Part shown: positions 10,923 through 20,609 of the stretch, in pieces
Layout of the letters: each line of letters opens with the position of its first letter
Numbering within the stretch: the first letter of the stretch is position 1
Virus record (IMG/VR): IMGVR_UViG_3300022562_000664
Coordinates: 1 to 55,893 of that record
From: a virus
Lineage: Duplodnaviria > Caudoviricetes
Direction: 5' to 3' (one strand)
Length of the DNA stretch: 55,893 nucleotides
The notes under the pieces: generated by a model
The model's input: the letters and a program-made list of their open reading frames with translations, nothing else
What the model was told of the DNA's origin: nothing
Database searches by the model: none
Position numbers and translations under genes: made by a program

Positions 10923-11158
10923 CCTGGCTTGCCGGAATATACCAGGCTATTAAAATTGGGTGGGGTGCTCTTACCGCAAAGACCAAGAGCACCCTATCCC
11001 TTTTTGCTGCGCTATTTGTTGGATCAAAGCTGAAAGAACTAAGACAGCGACGCAAAGAAGTGGAGAGAGTCAAAGATGCCAGCGAAACTCGCTCCAAGGT
11101 TCGCTCCATGTCTACTTCTGATATTGTTGACCGCTTGCGGAAGTGGTCCAGAAAGTAA
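10919..11158 (+). CDS. Putative inner-membrane spanin (Rz-like)
   Basis: N-terminal hydrophobic segment plus charged coiled-coil; overlaps a lipoprotein ORF. Confidence 0.55.
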   Translation: MTWLAGIYQAIKIGWGALTAKTKSTLSLFAALFVGSKLKELRQRRKEVERVKDASETRSKVRSMSTSDIVDRLRKWSRK

Positions 11159-11267
11159 GTGTTTGGAGCTTGAACCTATTGTGCTTGATCCTGGGTACAG
11201 CGTAAGGCTGACCAGATTTGAACTTGAACAAATCCTTTCCACCAATATGATTTTGGAGGGGAGATGA
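11076..11267 (+). CDS. Putative outer-membrane spanin lipoprotein (Rz1-like)
   Basis: Lipobox LLILLTAC; overlaps the preceding ORF in another frame. Confidence 0.65.
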   Translation: MPAKLAPRFAPCLLLILLTACGSGPESKCLELEPIVLDPGYSVRLTRFELEQILSTNMILEGR

Positions 11268-11368
11268 ATTTACTTTATCCACATATACAATCAGCAGACG
11301 CACCTATGCTAATTTTTTTGGCTTTAGTTGTCGGGGCATTCATCGGGTTCTTTAAGGGAATATGGTGA
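11264..11368 (+). CDS. 34-aa membrane peptide (not in ORF track)
   Basis: GGAGG RBS; MNLLYPHIQSADAPMLIFLALVVGAFIGFFKGIW; coupled overlaps at both ends. Confidence 0.5.
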   Translation: MNLLYPHIQSADAPMLIFLALVVGAFIGFFKGIW

Positions 11369-11643
11369 TGGAAAAGACCCAAGGGTTCTTTGAAACATTA
11401 TTCGCAAATTGGAAGGTTGTGATGAGCCTTGGGGCCATCATTGCTTTCGCTTATGCAGGACTTATTGAAACACGTATCCGCTTGGCTAACCTTGAAGATG
11501 CTAAATCTTCTAACATTCGCCAATGGGAATTAATAAGAGAACACGGGAATAAACTTGAAGTCCATGGAATTGAGCTAAAACACATCTTAGACCAGTTAGA
11601 GCGTCAACAAATCGCGGTTGACGAGCTAAGGCGCAGAAATTGA
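11368..11643 (+). CDS. TM plus coiled-coil protein
   Basis: One N-terminal TM segment followed by heptad-like region. Confidence 0.6.
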   Translation: MEKTQGFFETLFANWKVVMSLGAIIAFAYAGLIETRIRLANLEDAKSSNIRQWELIREHGNKLEVHGIELKHILDQLERQQIAVDELRRRN

Positions 11644-11713
11644 CCTTCTAGGCACGTGCTACATTAGAAACTCCAGGGTAAAATGTAATAACCTACACGC
11701 GGACCCTTAAAAC

Positions 11714-12295
11714 ATGCCTCCTGTGTATATAACCGTGCCTCCAATAGTTACCCTGATTATTCGCCGTCTTATAGTCCGGGAAGGCGGTTTTGTTGATCAT
11801 CCTGCTGATCCTGGTGGTGCAACTAAATGGGGGATCACTTTATGGACTTTACAACAGTGGAGAGGAAAGAAAGTAACCAAAGATGATGTAAGGAATTTAG
11901 AAGAAAAAGAAGCAATTCAGATTTATTATCAATGGTACTGGAGACCATTAGCCTTACACCATATTGTTGGCAATGATTACTGGATTAAAGAATTCATATT
12001 TGATTGGGCAGTTAATGCCGGCCTTAAGAATCCAGTTAGGAACATCCAAAAATTAATCGGTGTAAAAAGAGATGGGGCAATAGGCCCAATCACAGCTCAT
12101 AAGTTAAGCCTGTGGTGTGTCGAGAAGGGCAATAAATATCCCGGTCTCCTGTGTGATCACAGGGTGCGCTGGTACATACGTTTGGTAGAAACTAAACACA
12201 CTCACATCGTTTTCCTTGAAGGTTGGTTTAACAGAGCCAATTCTATGCGCTATGAAACAATTCCCTACACAAATCACAACGTAACCGTAACCTAG
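11714..12295 (+). CDS. Endolysin, glycoside hydrolase family 108 with peptidoglycan-binding C-terminus
   Basis: REGGFVDHPADPGGATKWGIT motif, FDWAVNAG, DGAIGPIT, FLEGWFNR. Confidence 0.92.
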   Translation: MPPVYITVPPIVTLIIRRLIVREGGFVDHPADPGGATKWGITLWTLQQWRGKKVTKDDVRNLEEKEAIQIYYQWYWRPLALHHIVGNDYWIKEFIFDWAVNAGLKNPVRNIQKLIGVKRDGAIGPITAHKLSLWCVEKGNKYPGLLCDHRVRWYIRLVETKHTHIVFLEGWFNRANSMRYETIPYTNHNVTVT

Positions 12296-12311
12296 GAACT
12301 ATTCTCACTCG
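12281..12311 (+). repeat. 31-bp direct repeat, copy 1 (copy 2 at 33075-33105)
   Basis: GTAACCGTAAC(C/T)TAGGAACTATTCTCACTCG, 1 mismatch between copies. Confidence 0.9.
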
Positions 12312-12505
12312 TTATAAATTAGACTAGACAATTTACAATTTTCTGGTTACTCCGGTTACTGAACAGTGTAACTACCGGGAATATATAAATCTTCAGTAAC
12401 TCCTATCCCGAAAGGTTGCCTACCACTACCCTAGAGTCAGGGTAACTCAATTTTTCCCGGTTAACGTTACGCTTCGCCACGGTATAATAAGGGTAAGAGT
12501 CAGAC

Positions 12506-14317
12506 TTGAGGAAAGACATGATTGGGATTCAAGTTTTCGCTTCTGGCAATAATCTTGCTATGAAGTTTCCTTATGATCCAATTTTGGTTGAGAAAATCCG
12601 TGGGATGCCTCAACGAAAGTGGAATAAGGATAAAAAGCAGTGGGAATTCAAACCTACTCTCGTCAACATAGAATATGTTCAGAAATGGTTTCCTCAAGCT
12701 GAGTGGGACAATTCAACAGAGCAATTTGTAGATAGTGCTATACTGCGCCGCAATAAGCGGGAAGAAATCGCATCAACAAAAAATAATGATGCGTGGGACT
12801 ACAGCGCACTTGAAGGTGTTCCATTCAAGATGGAGCCGCTTGACCACCAAAAGAGAGCACTTCTTCTTGGTAGGGATGCTCCATCATTTGCATATTTAAT
12901 GGATCAAGGAACAGGAAAGACTAAAGTAACAATTGATGACGCAGCACACAATTGGAGAGAGGGTCGCATTGATGCGATGCTTGTTATTGCTCCAAACAGT
13001 GTTAAGTCTAACTGGGTAGATTCAGAGGATACATTCTCTGTAACAAATAATCCAGGTGACATGGATGAGATAACTAAGCACATGGCCGATGATGTCCCGG
13101 TCAATAAAGGTGCTTGGGTATCTTCTCAGAACAAAAGGGAAAAGAAGCTATATAAGGAATTCAGAAGCAGGTGGGATGATACCAATTGCTTACACATATT
13201 GGTTGTAAATGTAGAAGCGATTCATGTGGCAAGAGTATTTGCCGAAGTAATGGAATTTGTTAGAAAATTTCGTTGTATGATTGTTGTAGATGAGAGCACA
13301 AGAATCAAGAATAGAACTGCTAAAAGGACAAAGAATTCAATCAAGGCGAGACGTGAGTGCCCGATTGCTAGAATATTATCTGGCACCCCATTAATCAAAT
13401 CTCCCTTAGATGCATTCTCTCAATTCAACTTCCTTGATGAAGACATTCTTGGCTTTACAAATTATTATTCCTTCCAACACCACTTTGCTGTTATGGGGGG
13501 ATATGAAGGATATCAAGTGCTATTTTACAAGAATTTGGAAGAGCTCAAAGAAAAAGTTGATTCGGTCAGCTACCGGGTCTTGAAAGAAGAATGTTTGAAA
13601 CTTCCTCCAAAAGAATACATAAAGCGCAAGGTGGAATTGACCCCGGCCCAAAGAAAAGCATACGAAGATATGCTACACGATATGCGGGTTGATCTTGGAG
13701 ATAAGGGTGAGGTAGCTGTTAATATTGTCTTGACACAATTGCTAAGATTACAGCAAATAACTGGTGGGTATTTACCCCAAATTGATCCTGAGACCAAAGA
13801 GAATGTTGGTACAGTTGAATTAGTTGATCCATCTAAAAATCCAAAGTTTAAGGAAGTGCTCAATATCATTGATGAATCTGGAGAGCAGAAAATTATTATC
13901 TGGTGCCGGTTTCGTGATGAGATTGCCGGTTTGTGTAGTCTTTTGGAACACAAAGGAATAACGCATCTTCAATTTCATGGTGGTATAAGCACAACAGATC
14001 GCCGTGAATATAGAAAGAGATTTTTTAGTGATCCTAGCATCAAATGTATCGTTGGCAATCAGGATGCTGGTGGAATTGGAATTGATGAATTCAAGGCTGC
14101 AAGCATTGTCATATACGTTTCTAATTCCTACAGCACAGAAAACAGAGTACAGTCTGAGGATCGGTCCCACAGAATTGGATCGGAAGTCCATGACTTGATA
14201 ACTTATTTCGACATTCCAGCTATCAACACAGTAGATGGGAAAGTTATATCTTGCTTGAGAGAGAATAGAAGTATCAGCAGGCAAATCATAAAAGAAGGAT
14301 GGCAAAAGTGGATCTGA
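12506..14317 (+). CDS. SNF2-family (SF2) helicase
   Basis: MDQGTGKT, VVDES, LSGTP, QSEDRSHRIG motifs. Confidence 0.92.
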   Translation: MRKDMIGIQVFASGNNLAMKFPYDPILVEKIRGMPQRKWNKDKKQWEFKPTLVNIEYVQKWFPQAEWDNSTEQFVDSAILRRNKREEIASTKNNDAWDYSALEGVPFKMEPLDHQKRALLLGRDAPSFAYLMDQGTGKTKVTIDDAAHNWREGRIDAMLVIAPNSVKSNWVDSEDTFSVTNNPGDMDEITKHMADDVPVNKGAWVSSQNKREKKLYKEFRSRWDDTNCLHILVVNVEAIHVARVFAEVMEFVRKFRCMIVVDESTRIKNRTAKRTKNSIKARRECPIARILSGTPLIKSPLDAFSQFNFLDEDILGFTNYYSFQHHFAVMGGYEGYQVLFYKNLEELKEKVDSVSYRVLKEECLKLPPKEYIKRKVELTPAQRKAYEDMLHDMRVDLGDKGEVAVNIVLTQLLRLQQITGGYLPQIDPETKENVGTVELVDPSKNPKFKEVLNIIDESGEQKIIIWCRFRDEIAGLCSLLEHKGITHLQFHGGISTTDRREYRKRFFSDPSIKCIVGNQDAGGIGIDEFKAASIVIYVSNSYSTENRVQSEDRSHRIGSEVHDLITYFDIPAINTVDGKVISCLRENRSISRQIIKEGWQKWI

Positions 14318-14332
14318 CAAAAGAGGTAAAAG

Positions 14333-14686
14333 ATGAATCGACGTAACTTTCTGCTTGATGCGAGCTGCTTTCTGCTTCTCGGTCTTGAAATCTGCCGTGA
14401 GTATGTCTATCCAGGCGACAAAGCGGCTGATAATCGCGGCCCAAGGTCTCGCGGCAATAGTGGGCCTGGCAATTCTAGTGATGGCGGCGGGTCATCCGGG
14501 CCTTCTGATGGTGGCGGTGGTTCTTCTAGTGGCGGTGGTGACGATTCTGGGGGTGGTGGTGATAACGGTGGAGATGATCACGGGCCACGGTCTGGCCTCG
14601 GTGATGGAACGAATCCAGGCCGCGCACCATCGCATGCAGGGAAAAAGGGGAAAGGCGGACACGGAACAAACAACCCACACAACTAA
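14333..14686 (+). CDS. Gly/Ser/Asp-rich protein with twin-arginine-like N-terminus
   Basis: GAGG RBS; MNRRNFLL; low-complexity Gly-rich tail; followed by a hairpin. Confidence 0.55.
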   Translation: MNRRNFLLDASCFLLLGLEICREYVYPGDKAADNRGPRSRGNSGPGNSSDGGGSSGPSDGGGGSSSGGGDDSGGGGDNGGDDHGPRSGLGDGTNPGRAPSHAGKKGKGGHGTNNPHN

Positions 14687-14690
14687 TTCA

Positions 14691-14732
14691 ACGCCGGGGG
14701 ATTTACGGTCATAATTCCCCGGCGTATTCTTT
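14691..14732 (+). terminator. Putative intrinsic terminator
   Basis: ACGCCGGGG...CCCCGGCGT stem followed by ATTCTTT. Confidence 0.6.
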
Positions 14733-14755
14733 AGTTTCAGAATTGGGAATATAAT

Positions 14756-15133
14756 ATGGCAAAAGTGTATATCCTTCAGGATAACCCTGGCTCACCGAAA
14801 AATTTCCTTCCAGCTGAGGAATACGGTGAGCTAATCATACTCTTCAATAGCCACATATCCTTTACTCAAATTGGGCGATGTGTTGCCCAGTTAAGGGATA
14901 AGCTGCGTGGAGCTACCAAAGAAGATTGGTTGATCCCAGTAGGGCACCCTGTGTTGATCCTGGCTGCGGGGCACGTTTGGTTTGACATCACTAGCCAAAT
15001 GAATATCCTTGTCTGGGACCAGCAGATGATGAAATATGTTCCAGTGAGGGTGAATACACATGGACAAAGTGGCAGAGATTATAGAGGCAGCCAAGCACCT
15101 AAGAGCCCTGAAAGACAAAAAAGCAGAGCTTGA
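14756..15133 (+). CDS. Hypothetical protein
   Basis: Clean ORF in the replication cluster. Confidence 0.65.
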   Translation: MAKVYILQDNPGSPKNFLPAEEYGELIILFNSHISFTQIGRCVAQLRDKLRGATKEDWLIPVGHPVLILAAGHVWFDITSQMNILVWDQQMMKYVPVRVNTHGQSGRDYRGSQAPKSPERQKSRA

Positions 15134-15464
15134 AGAGGCTCTGAAAGAAGTCAATAAAGAAAAAGAACGATTAGAGACCAAAACGCTTCCAGATATGATG
15201 GAAGCCCAAGAAATTGATAAAATGACTATTGATGGCGTGGGTACGCTTTACACCCAGGCCGGTGTATACGCTTATATTTACGCGAGTGACCGAGATATGG
15301 CTTTTGATTGGTTCAAAAGGCACGGTCACGAGGATATTGTCAAAGAACAAATTCACTTCAAAACCTTGACATCTTGGGTCAAGGATCAAATGAGTCAGGG
15401 CCAAGAAGTCCCTGAATGGTGCAACGCGAAACCCACAGTGACAGCAAGAATCAGGAGCAAGTGA
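15060..15464 (+). CDS. Conserved phage replication-cluster protein (coiled-coil N-terminus)
   Basis: AFDWFKRHGHEDIVK...TLTSWVK pattern; precedes the SSB-like gene. Confidence 0.7.
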   Translation: MDKVAEIIEAAKHLRALKDKKAELEEALKEVNKEKERLETKTLPDMMEAQEIDKMTIDGVGTLYTQAGVYAYIYASDRDMAFDWFKRHGHEDIVKEQIHFKTLTSWVKDQMSQGQEVPEWCNAKPTVTARIRSK

Positions 15465-15468
15465 AACG

Positions 15469-16317
15469 ATGGCTAAGGGCACATCAGTTGCCAAGAAAGA
15501 AGACAACCAACTTCCTTCTTGGATGGAACAGTATGCTGGCGCAGGCCAAGAAGACATTGGGGCAGAAGACATTGCTATGCCCCGGCTCAAGCTTGGCCAG
15601 GCTATGACCCCAGAAGTCAAGGACCAGAAGATCGCTAATGAAGGTGATCTGATTCACAGCATTACTAAAGAAGTGCTGTGTAAGGCCGGTGAAACGTTAC
15701 GATTTATTCCCGTGGCCTATTCCAAAGAATTCATCCTTTGGTATGATCGAAAAGGCCCCCATGGTGGCGGTATCGCAGCTAGGGCCAGGAAGGTCAGGGA
15801 CAAGAATGGTGATTTCCGCTATAAGTGGGATAAGCCCCACCAGACATTTACTGACAAGCTTGGTGGTAAAATCAGCGTCGAATATAAGACTGCTGAGTAT
15901 ATCGACCAAGATGGTCTCGGTGAGTGGGGGAGTTCAATTCAAGGCGATCCTGAATCTGGCCCCGCGGCATCGGAACATCACAACTATGTGATCATGCTGC
16001 CGGATCACGATAACCAGATGATCGCTTTGTCTCTGTCTCGTACAGCTGCCAAGAAGGCAAGAGAATTCAACGCAATGCTAAAGTTGGGGCCTGCTCCCAC
16101 TTTTGCCCGCATCTATGAGCTATCTAGCTTCATGGATAAGGCTGACGAGAACACTTTTGCCAACTACCAATTCTCAAGTAAGTTCGATGTGGTGAAAAAC
16201 GAAAACTTTTTCAAGGCACTGCTCGACTTGCATGAGAGCCTCAGAACCAAGGGCGTCAACGTCGATTACTCTGACGTTGAAGAGGGCCAGGGAGTAAGTG
16301 AAGAAGAAGGGTTCTGA
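15469..16317 (+). CDS. Putative ssDNA-binding / annealing protein
   Basis: EDIAMPRLKLGQ N-terminus, acidic tail ending EEEGF; precedes the primase. Confidence 0.6.
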   Translation: MAKGTSVAKKEDNQLPSWMEQYAGAGQEDIGAEDIAMPRLKLGQAMTPEVKDQKIANEGDLIHSITKEVLCKAGETLRFIPVAYSKEFILWYDRKGPHGGGIAARARKVRDKNGDFRYKWDKPHQTFTDKLGGKISVEYKTAEYIDQDGLGEWGSSIQGDPESGPAASEHHNYVIMLPDHDNQMIALSLSRTAAKKAREFNAMLKLGPAPTFARIYELSSFMDKADENTFANYQFSSKFDVVKNENFFKALLDLHESLRTKGVNVDYSDVEEGQGVSEEEGF

Positions 16318-17858
16318 TGCGATCTTTCGCCCAACTCTTTCAAGGGCGAACTGATTGCTTCGGCGTTTATACTGTTTTTGAGCGCCGTAAGGACGGGAAG
16401 CAGAAGGGCAAGGGGACAACTTACCCAAACGATACGTTTCCAGATAGAGTGCTTGCTCAGGACGATTGGGACAAGCACCTATCTGGGACACAAATGCTTG
16501 GGATTGTCCCGGTATTGCCCGATGGGACCTGTAGTTGGTTTGCCATTGACATAGATGATTATGGCGTTAGCCACAAGAAACTTGTGGTTGACGTCGAGAA
16601 GCTTGAACTCCCGCTGGTCACTTGTCGAAGCAAGTCTGGCGGTGCGCATTTATATTGCTTCATTAATGGATTTATTGATGCACAATTAGCAATAGAATTA
16701 GGTCATAAATGGGCTAAAGCATTAGGATTTGAAGGGACAGAAGTATTCCCAAAACAAGCCAAACCAGATAAGGGAAATTGGATAATCATCCCTTATTATG
16801 GTGGAGATAAGGCTGTTGATTTCGCCATATCTCTAGAAGGTGATAAGCTGGACATAGATGAATTCGTCCAGTGGGCTAACGCAAAACAGATACAACCGGG
16901 AGAGGCCCCGGCTTATCTCAAGAGAAAGGAACAAGAGCCCAGCCAGATGACTCCAGAGGACATTTTGGCTCAAAGTCCTCCATGTATTCTACACTTTATG
17001 GATAATGGTGTAAGCGAAGGTGGTAGAAATAATGTTCTTTGTCATTTGGCATCTTATTATTTGAAGCTAGACGAGTTTTTTGGAACAGAAGTTTGGCGTG
17101 ATAAATTAATGGAATTTAATCAGAAGTATTTAGAAACGCCAGTAACATTTGGAGAAATTAATCATATAATTCGTAGCTATGGAAAGAAAAACTATCAGTA
17201 CAAATGTAAAGACACTCCTATGTGCAATGTGTGTGATAAAGACACTTGCATCAGAAGAACGTTTGGAGTAGGAGAAGACAAATCATATTATGGTGACTTA
17301 GAAATAATGTCAATGATTAAGATTGATTCAAAGCCTCCCGTTTGGATACCTAGGATTAATGGCGTTGATGTTGAAATGGATACTGAGACGCTATTGGCTC
17401 CTAGAAAATTTCGGATGGCAATAGCTGATGCCCTTAATGTTTTAGTGCCTTCTAAAAAGCAATCTGACCACGATGATATGATAGGGCCAATAATGAAAAC
17501 GGCCCTTACAATTGAGCCAATGGATGAATTAACAGTGGAGGGAAAAGTTATGAATTCCTTCACTGAATGGACCAAAAACATGGTCACTAAGTCAAGAGAT
17601 ATTGGAGACTTGGAAAAGGGATTACCTTATTATAACCAGGAAGAAGAGACCATATATTTTCGTGGATCAGACTTTACAAAAGAATACAGGCGCATTTACA
17701 AAGATAACGTCACAGAGCGAGGTATATGGACTGCCTTAAGAAAGAATAACTTTCAAAGAAAACAAATTAGACTTGGTAAATCTCCAGAGTGGATATGGTT
17801 TTATAATTTAGCTGGTGAAGAACGTTGGTTCGATACAGACATGGGAGAGGTGTTCTAA
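16317..17858 (+). CDS. AEP-type primase (primase-polymerase) with PriCT domain
   Basis: AIDIDD, RSKSGGAHLY, PPCI...EGGRNN motifs; Cys cluster. Confidence 0.85.
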   Translation: MRSFAQLFQGRTDCFGVYTVFERRKDGKQKGKGTTYPNDTFPDRVLAQDDWDKHLSGTQMLGIVPVLPDGTCSWFAIDIDDYGVSHKKLVVDVEKLELPLVTCRSKSGGAHLYCFINGFIDAQLAIELGHKWAKALGFEGTEVFPKQAKPDKGNWIIIPYYGGDKAVDFAISLEGDKLDIDEFVQWANAKQIQPGEAPAYLKRKEQEPSQMTPEDILAQSPPCILHFMDNGVSEGGRNNVLCHLASYYLKLDEFFGTEVWRDKLMEFNQKYLETPVTFGEINHIIRSYGKKNYQYKCKDTPMCNVCDKDTCIRRTFGVGEDKSYYGDLEIMSMIKIDSKPPVWIPRINGVDVEMDTETLLAPRKFRMAIADALNVLVPSKKQSDHDDMIGPIMKTALTIEPMDELTVEGKVMNSFTEWTKNMVTKSRDIGDLEKGLPYYNQEEETIYFRGSDFTKEYRRIYKDNVTERGIWTALRKNNFQRKQIRLGKSPEWIWFYNLAGEERWFDTDMGEVF

Positions 17859-18172
17859 TGTACTATGTAAATGTGTTCTTCTCGAATGCAACCATAACAA
17901 CTTATTACGAAGAAGATGAACGTAACGCCAAAGCAATATTTGATGAATTGTGTAGAGTTATGGATGAAAAGCCAAACGATTTAATCCAAATTAAAGGGCA
18001 GTGGCACACAGGTGTGATTAGGATTTCTGAAATTGTTCACATCGAGTTTACTTCTCAAGAGCGCATCTTAAGAAGAAATGCTACAATGAATAAGATGCAT
18101 GATCAATATGTCGATAAAATTAAAAAAGATATGGGACTTGAACCTGATGTTGGATTTAAGGCTCCAAGGTGA
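17858..18172 (+). CDS. Hypothetical protein
   Basis: TAATG coupling; GAGG RBS. Confidence 0.65.
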   Translation: MYYVNVFFSNATITTYYEEDERNAKAIFDELCRVMDEKPNDLIQIKGQWHTGVIRISEIVHIEFTSQERILRRNATMNKMHDQYVDKIKKDMGLEPDVGFKAPR

Positions 18173-19689
18173 AGCGTAAAATATACGGCGCACCTGGTAC
18201 TGGTAAAACTACCAGGATGCTTGATTTGCTTCAGAAGGAAGTGGAGTCAGGGACTCCACTGGATAGAATAGCTTTTTTGACTCACACAGTATCTGCTAGA
18301 CTGGAAGCTATATCTCGGATCAAAAAGCTAAGGAACATCAGTGATGAACGATCACAGCTCAAATACTTCCGAACCATTCACGGAATCTGCTACATGGAAA
18401 ACACTCTCAAGAAAGATAACGTTATGCAGGCTCCAGATTATCTTGAGTTCGGTGAAACTATTGGTATCCCTTTCTCTTCTCATTTTACTAGTGATGTTGA
18501 TATGGATGGCCTCCCACTTGGATTTAACTTGTCTGGAGGAAACGCAATACTTGCAGTCAGACAGCTGGCTGCCGCCCGTCAAGTCCCTATCACTGAATTG
18601 TCATCTGAGTGGCCAAATTGGATCAGCCCAAAATTGATGAAAGAAGTTATCCATGGATATGCTAAATGGAAAGAGCGACACGCTAAATTTGATTTCGTTG
18701 ATATGCTTTTACTTTACGGTAAGTATGGTGAGCCTCTCGATTGTGATGTTATGTTTATTGACGAGGCTCAAGACCTATCTTCACTACAATGGTCAATCGT
18801 CAGGAAAATGTTTGCTAGAACGCCCAGAGTATATATTGCTGGGGATGACGACCAGTCTATATATGCTTTTATTGGAGCTGATAGATATGGTTTCTTAGAC
18901 TTTGAAGCAGACGAAATTGAAATTTTGCCCAAATCATATAGACTTAAAAGAACCATATGGAATAAGGCTCAAAATATAATCAAACACGTTAGCAGGAGAC
19001 AAGACAAGACTATTGAAGTTTCCGAAGGTGGACACATAGATTTCTACAACAATGATCTATTGTATTTGGACATTAATCACGAGACTATGATTATAGCTAG
19101 ACATCACGCACAGCTTCAAAGATTAGCAAAGTCTCTAGAGGTCAGGGGCATCCCCTATACAGGGAGAAGCCGCGAGATACCTAAGACGGATCAGGCGCTC
19201 GCGGTCCACGCTTATTTTCGTGCTAGGAAGGGTGAAAGTATATCCTTATTCGACGCCTCACGACTGTTAAGATTTGCTGGTGATAAGGATGAAGCAAAAC
19301 GTCTCCGCGCAGAAGATAGAAACAACCCCGGTTTATTCATAAATAAAGACCAAATCAATATTAATTGGGAAGCTCCATGGCAGCAATATCTTGCCAGAAA
19401 CCGGAGTGAAGTCTACAAGAATGAATTGATTAGAAACATATTGAACAACATTGGGCTCCAAGGTTTAGTGGATGAGCCAAAGGTAAGTTTGACGACATAC
19501 CATGGGTGTAAAGGCCGGGAAGCGGATCACGTTGTGTGTCTTACTGATTGCTTCAAAAAGGCCCATGATTCCGCTAGAAAAAATCCAGAAGATGAAACTA
19601 GATTAGCCTATGTTGGAGTGACTAGAGCCAAAGAGCGATTAACAATCGTTCTTCCGAAAACTGATCTATTCATGAGGTCGATGCTATGA
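18169..19689 (+). CDS. UvrD/Rep-like SF1 helicase
   Basis: GAPGTGKT, IDEAQD, GDDDQSIY, TYHGCKGRE, YVGVTRAK. Confidence 0.92.
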   Translation: MKRKIYGAPGTGKTTRMLDLLQKEVESGTPLDRIAFLTHTVSARLEAISRIKKLRNISDERSQLKYFRTIHGICYMENTLKKDNVMQAPDYLEFGETIGIPFSSHFTSDVDMDGLPLGFNLSGGNAILAVRQLAAARQVPITELSSEWPNWISPKLMKEVIHGYAKWKERHAKFDFVDMLLLYGKYGEPLDCDVMFIDEAQDLSSLQWSIVRKMFARTPRVYIAGDDDQSIYAFIGADRYGFLDFEADEIEILPKSYRLKRTIWNKAQNIIKHVSRRQDKTIEVSEGGHIDFYNNDLLYLDINHETMIIARHHAQLQRLAKSLEVRGIPYTGRSREIPKTDQALAVHAYFRARKGESISLFDASRLLRFAGDKDEAKRLRAEDRNNPGLFINKDQININWEAPWQQYLARNRSEVYKNELIRNILNNIGLQGLVDEPKVSLTTYHGCKGREADHVVCLTDCFKKAHDSARKNPEDETRLAYVGVTRAKERLTIVLPKTDLFMRSML

Positions 19690-20609
19690 AGATCGTTGGA
19701 GCAGGAATGGCTGGCTTAATTGCCGCTAATTACTTCAGGAGGAACCCAGGTATATATGAAATCCAATCAGGATTGCCCCACAACCACACCGCACTCCTTA
19801 GATTTAGAAGTGATGCAATTTCAAAAGCTACTGGAATTGCCTTTAGAAAAGTTATGGTGCACAAAGCAATTGTGCATGGACACCACTTCCTTGATTTCCC
19901 CAACCCATTTGCTTGCAACCAGTATAGTCTCAAAGTGGCTGGAAGAATACTTGAACGTTCTGTCTGGAACACAGCATCTGATTTTAGATACATCGCACCA
20001 CCCAATTTTATCCAGCAATTGGCGCTCGGCGTTGCGATCAATTACAATTACGACTTTAACCCAAACAAGACAGAAGATGAACCAATTATTAGCACCATAC
20101 CTATGCCAATAATGATGAAGAAACTAAATTGGAAGCACCAGCCATCTTTCGAGAGAAAGCCAATTTGGGCCCTAAATGCTGATATTATCAATCCAGAAAC
20201 TGATGTGTATCAAACCATATATTTTGCTGATCTAGAAAATCCTTGTTATAGAGCCAGCATAGTTGGCAATAAGCTCATTGCTGAATTTATAGCAGATGAA
20301 GAAAAAGACCCAGAAGATTTGGCTGAGGAAGTATTAGACTTTTTTGGAATACCACTAGGTGCAATGAGACTTAATAATTTACAGTTCAAAAAGCAAGAAT
20401 ACGGTAAAATTATGCCCATCGATGAAGATATCAGAAAAGAGTTTATGTACACATTAACTCGCGAGTATAATATATATTCCCTAGGACGATTTGCTACTTG
20501 GAGGCAAATCCTCTTGGATGACTTAATACACGATCTAGAAGTAATCAATGATTTGATTAAAGCTGAGGGCCGTAGGCGTCTCTACCATCAATCTTTGGTG
20601 CAAAAATGA
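19686..20609 (+). CDS. FAD-dependent oxidoreductase (UDP-galactopyranose mutase-like fold)
   Basis: IVGAGMAG dinucleotide-binding motif, IISTIP, C-terminal YSLGRFATW. Confidence 0.75.
   Translation: MKIVGAGMAGLIAANYFRRNPGIYEIQSGLPHNHTALLRFRSDAISKATGIAFRKVMVHKAIVHGHHFLDFPNPFACNQYSLKVAGRILERSVWNTASDFRYIAPPNFIQQLALGVAINYNYDFNPNKTEDEPIISTIPMPIMMKKLNWKHQPSFERKPIWALNADIINPETDVYQTIYFADLENPCYRASIVGNKLIAEFIADEEKDPEDLAEEVLDFFGIPLGAMRLNNLQFKKQEYGKIMPIDEDIRKEFMYTLTREYNIYSLGRFATWRQILLDDLIHDLEVINDLIKAEGRRRLYHQSLVQK

Noticed and set aside
14355-14714. Hydrophobic 119-aa alternative-frame ORF
   Set aside because: It looks like a frame-shifted reading of GGT/GGC repeats with a TTG start and no RBS; the 14333 frame has the RBS. 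Not fully excluded.
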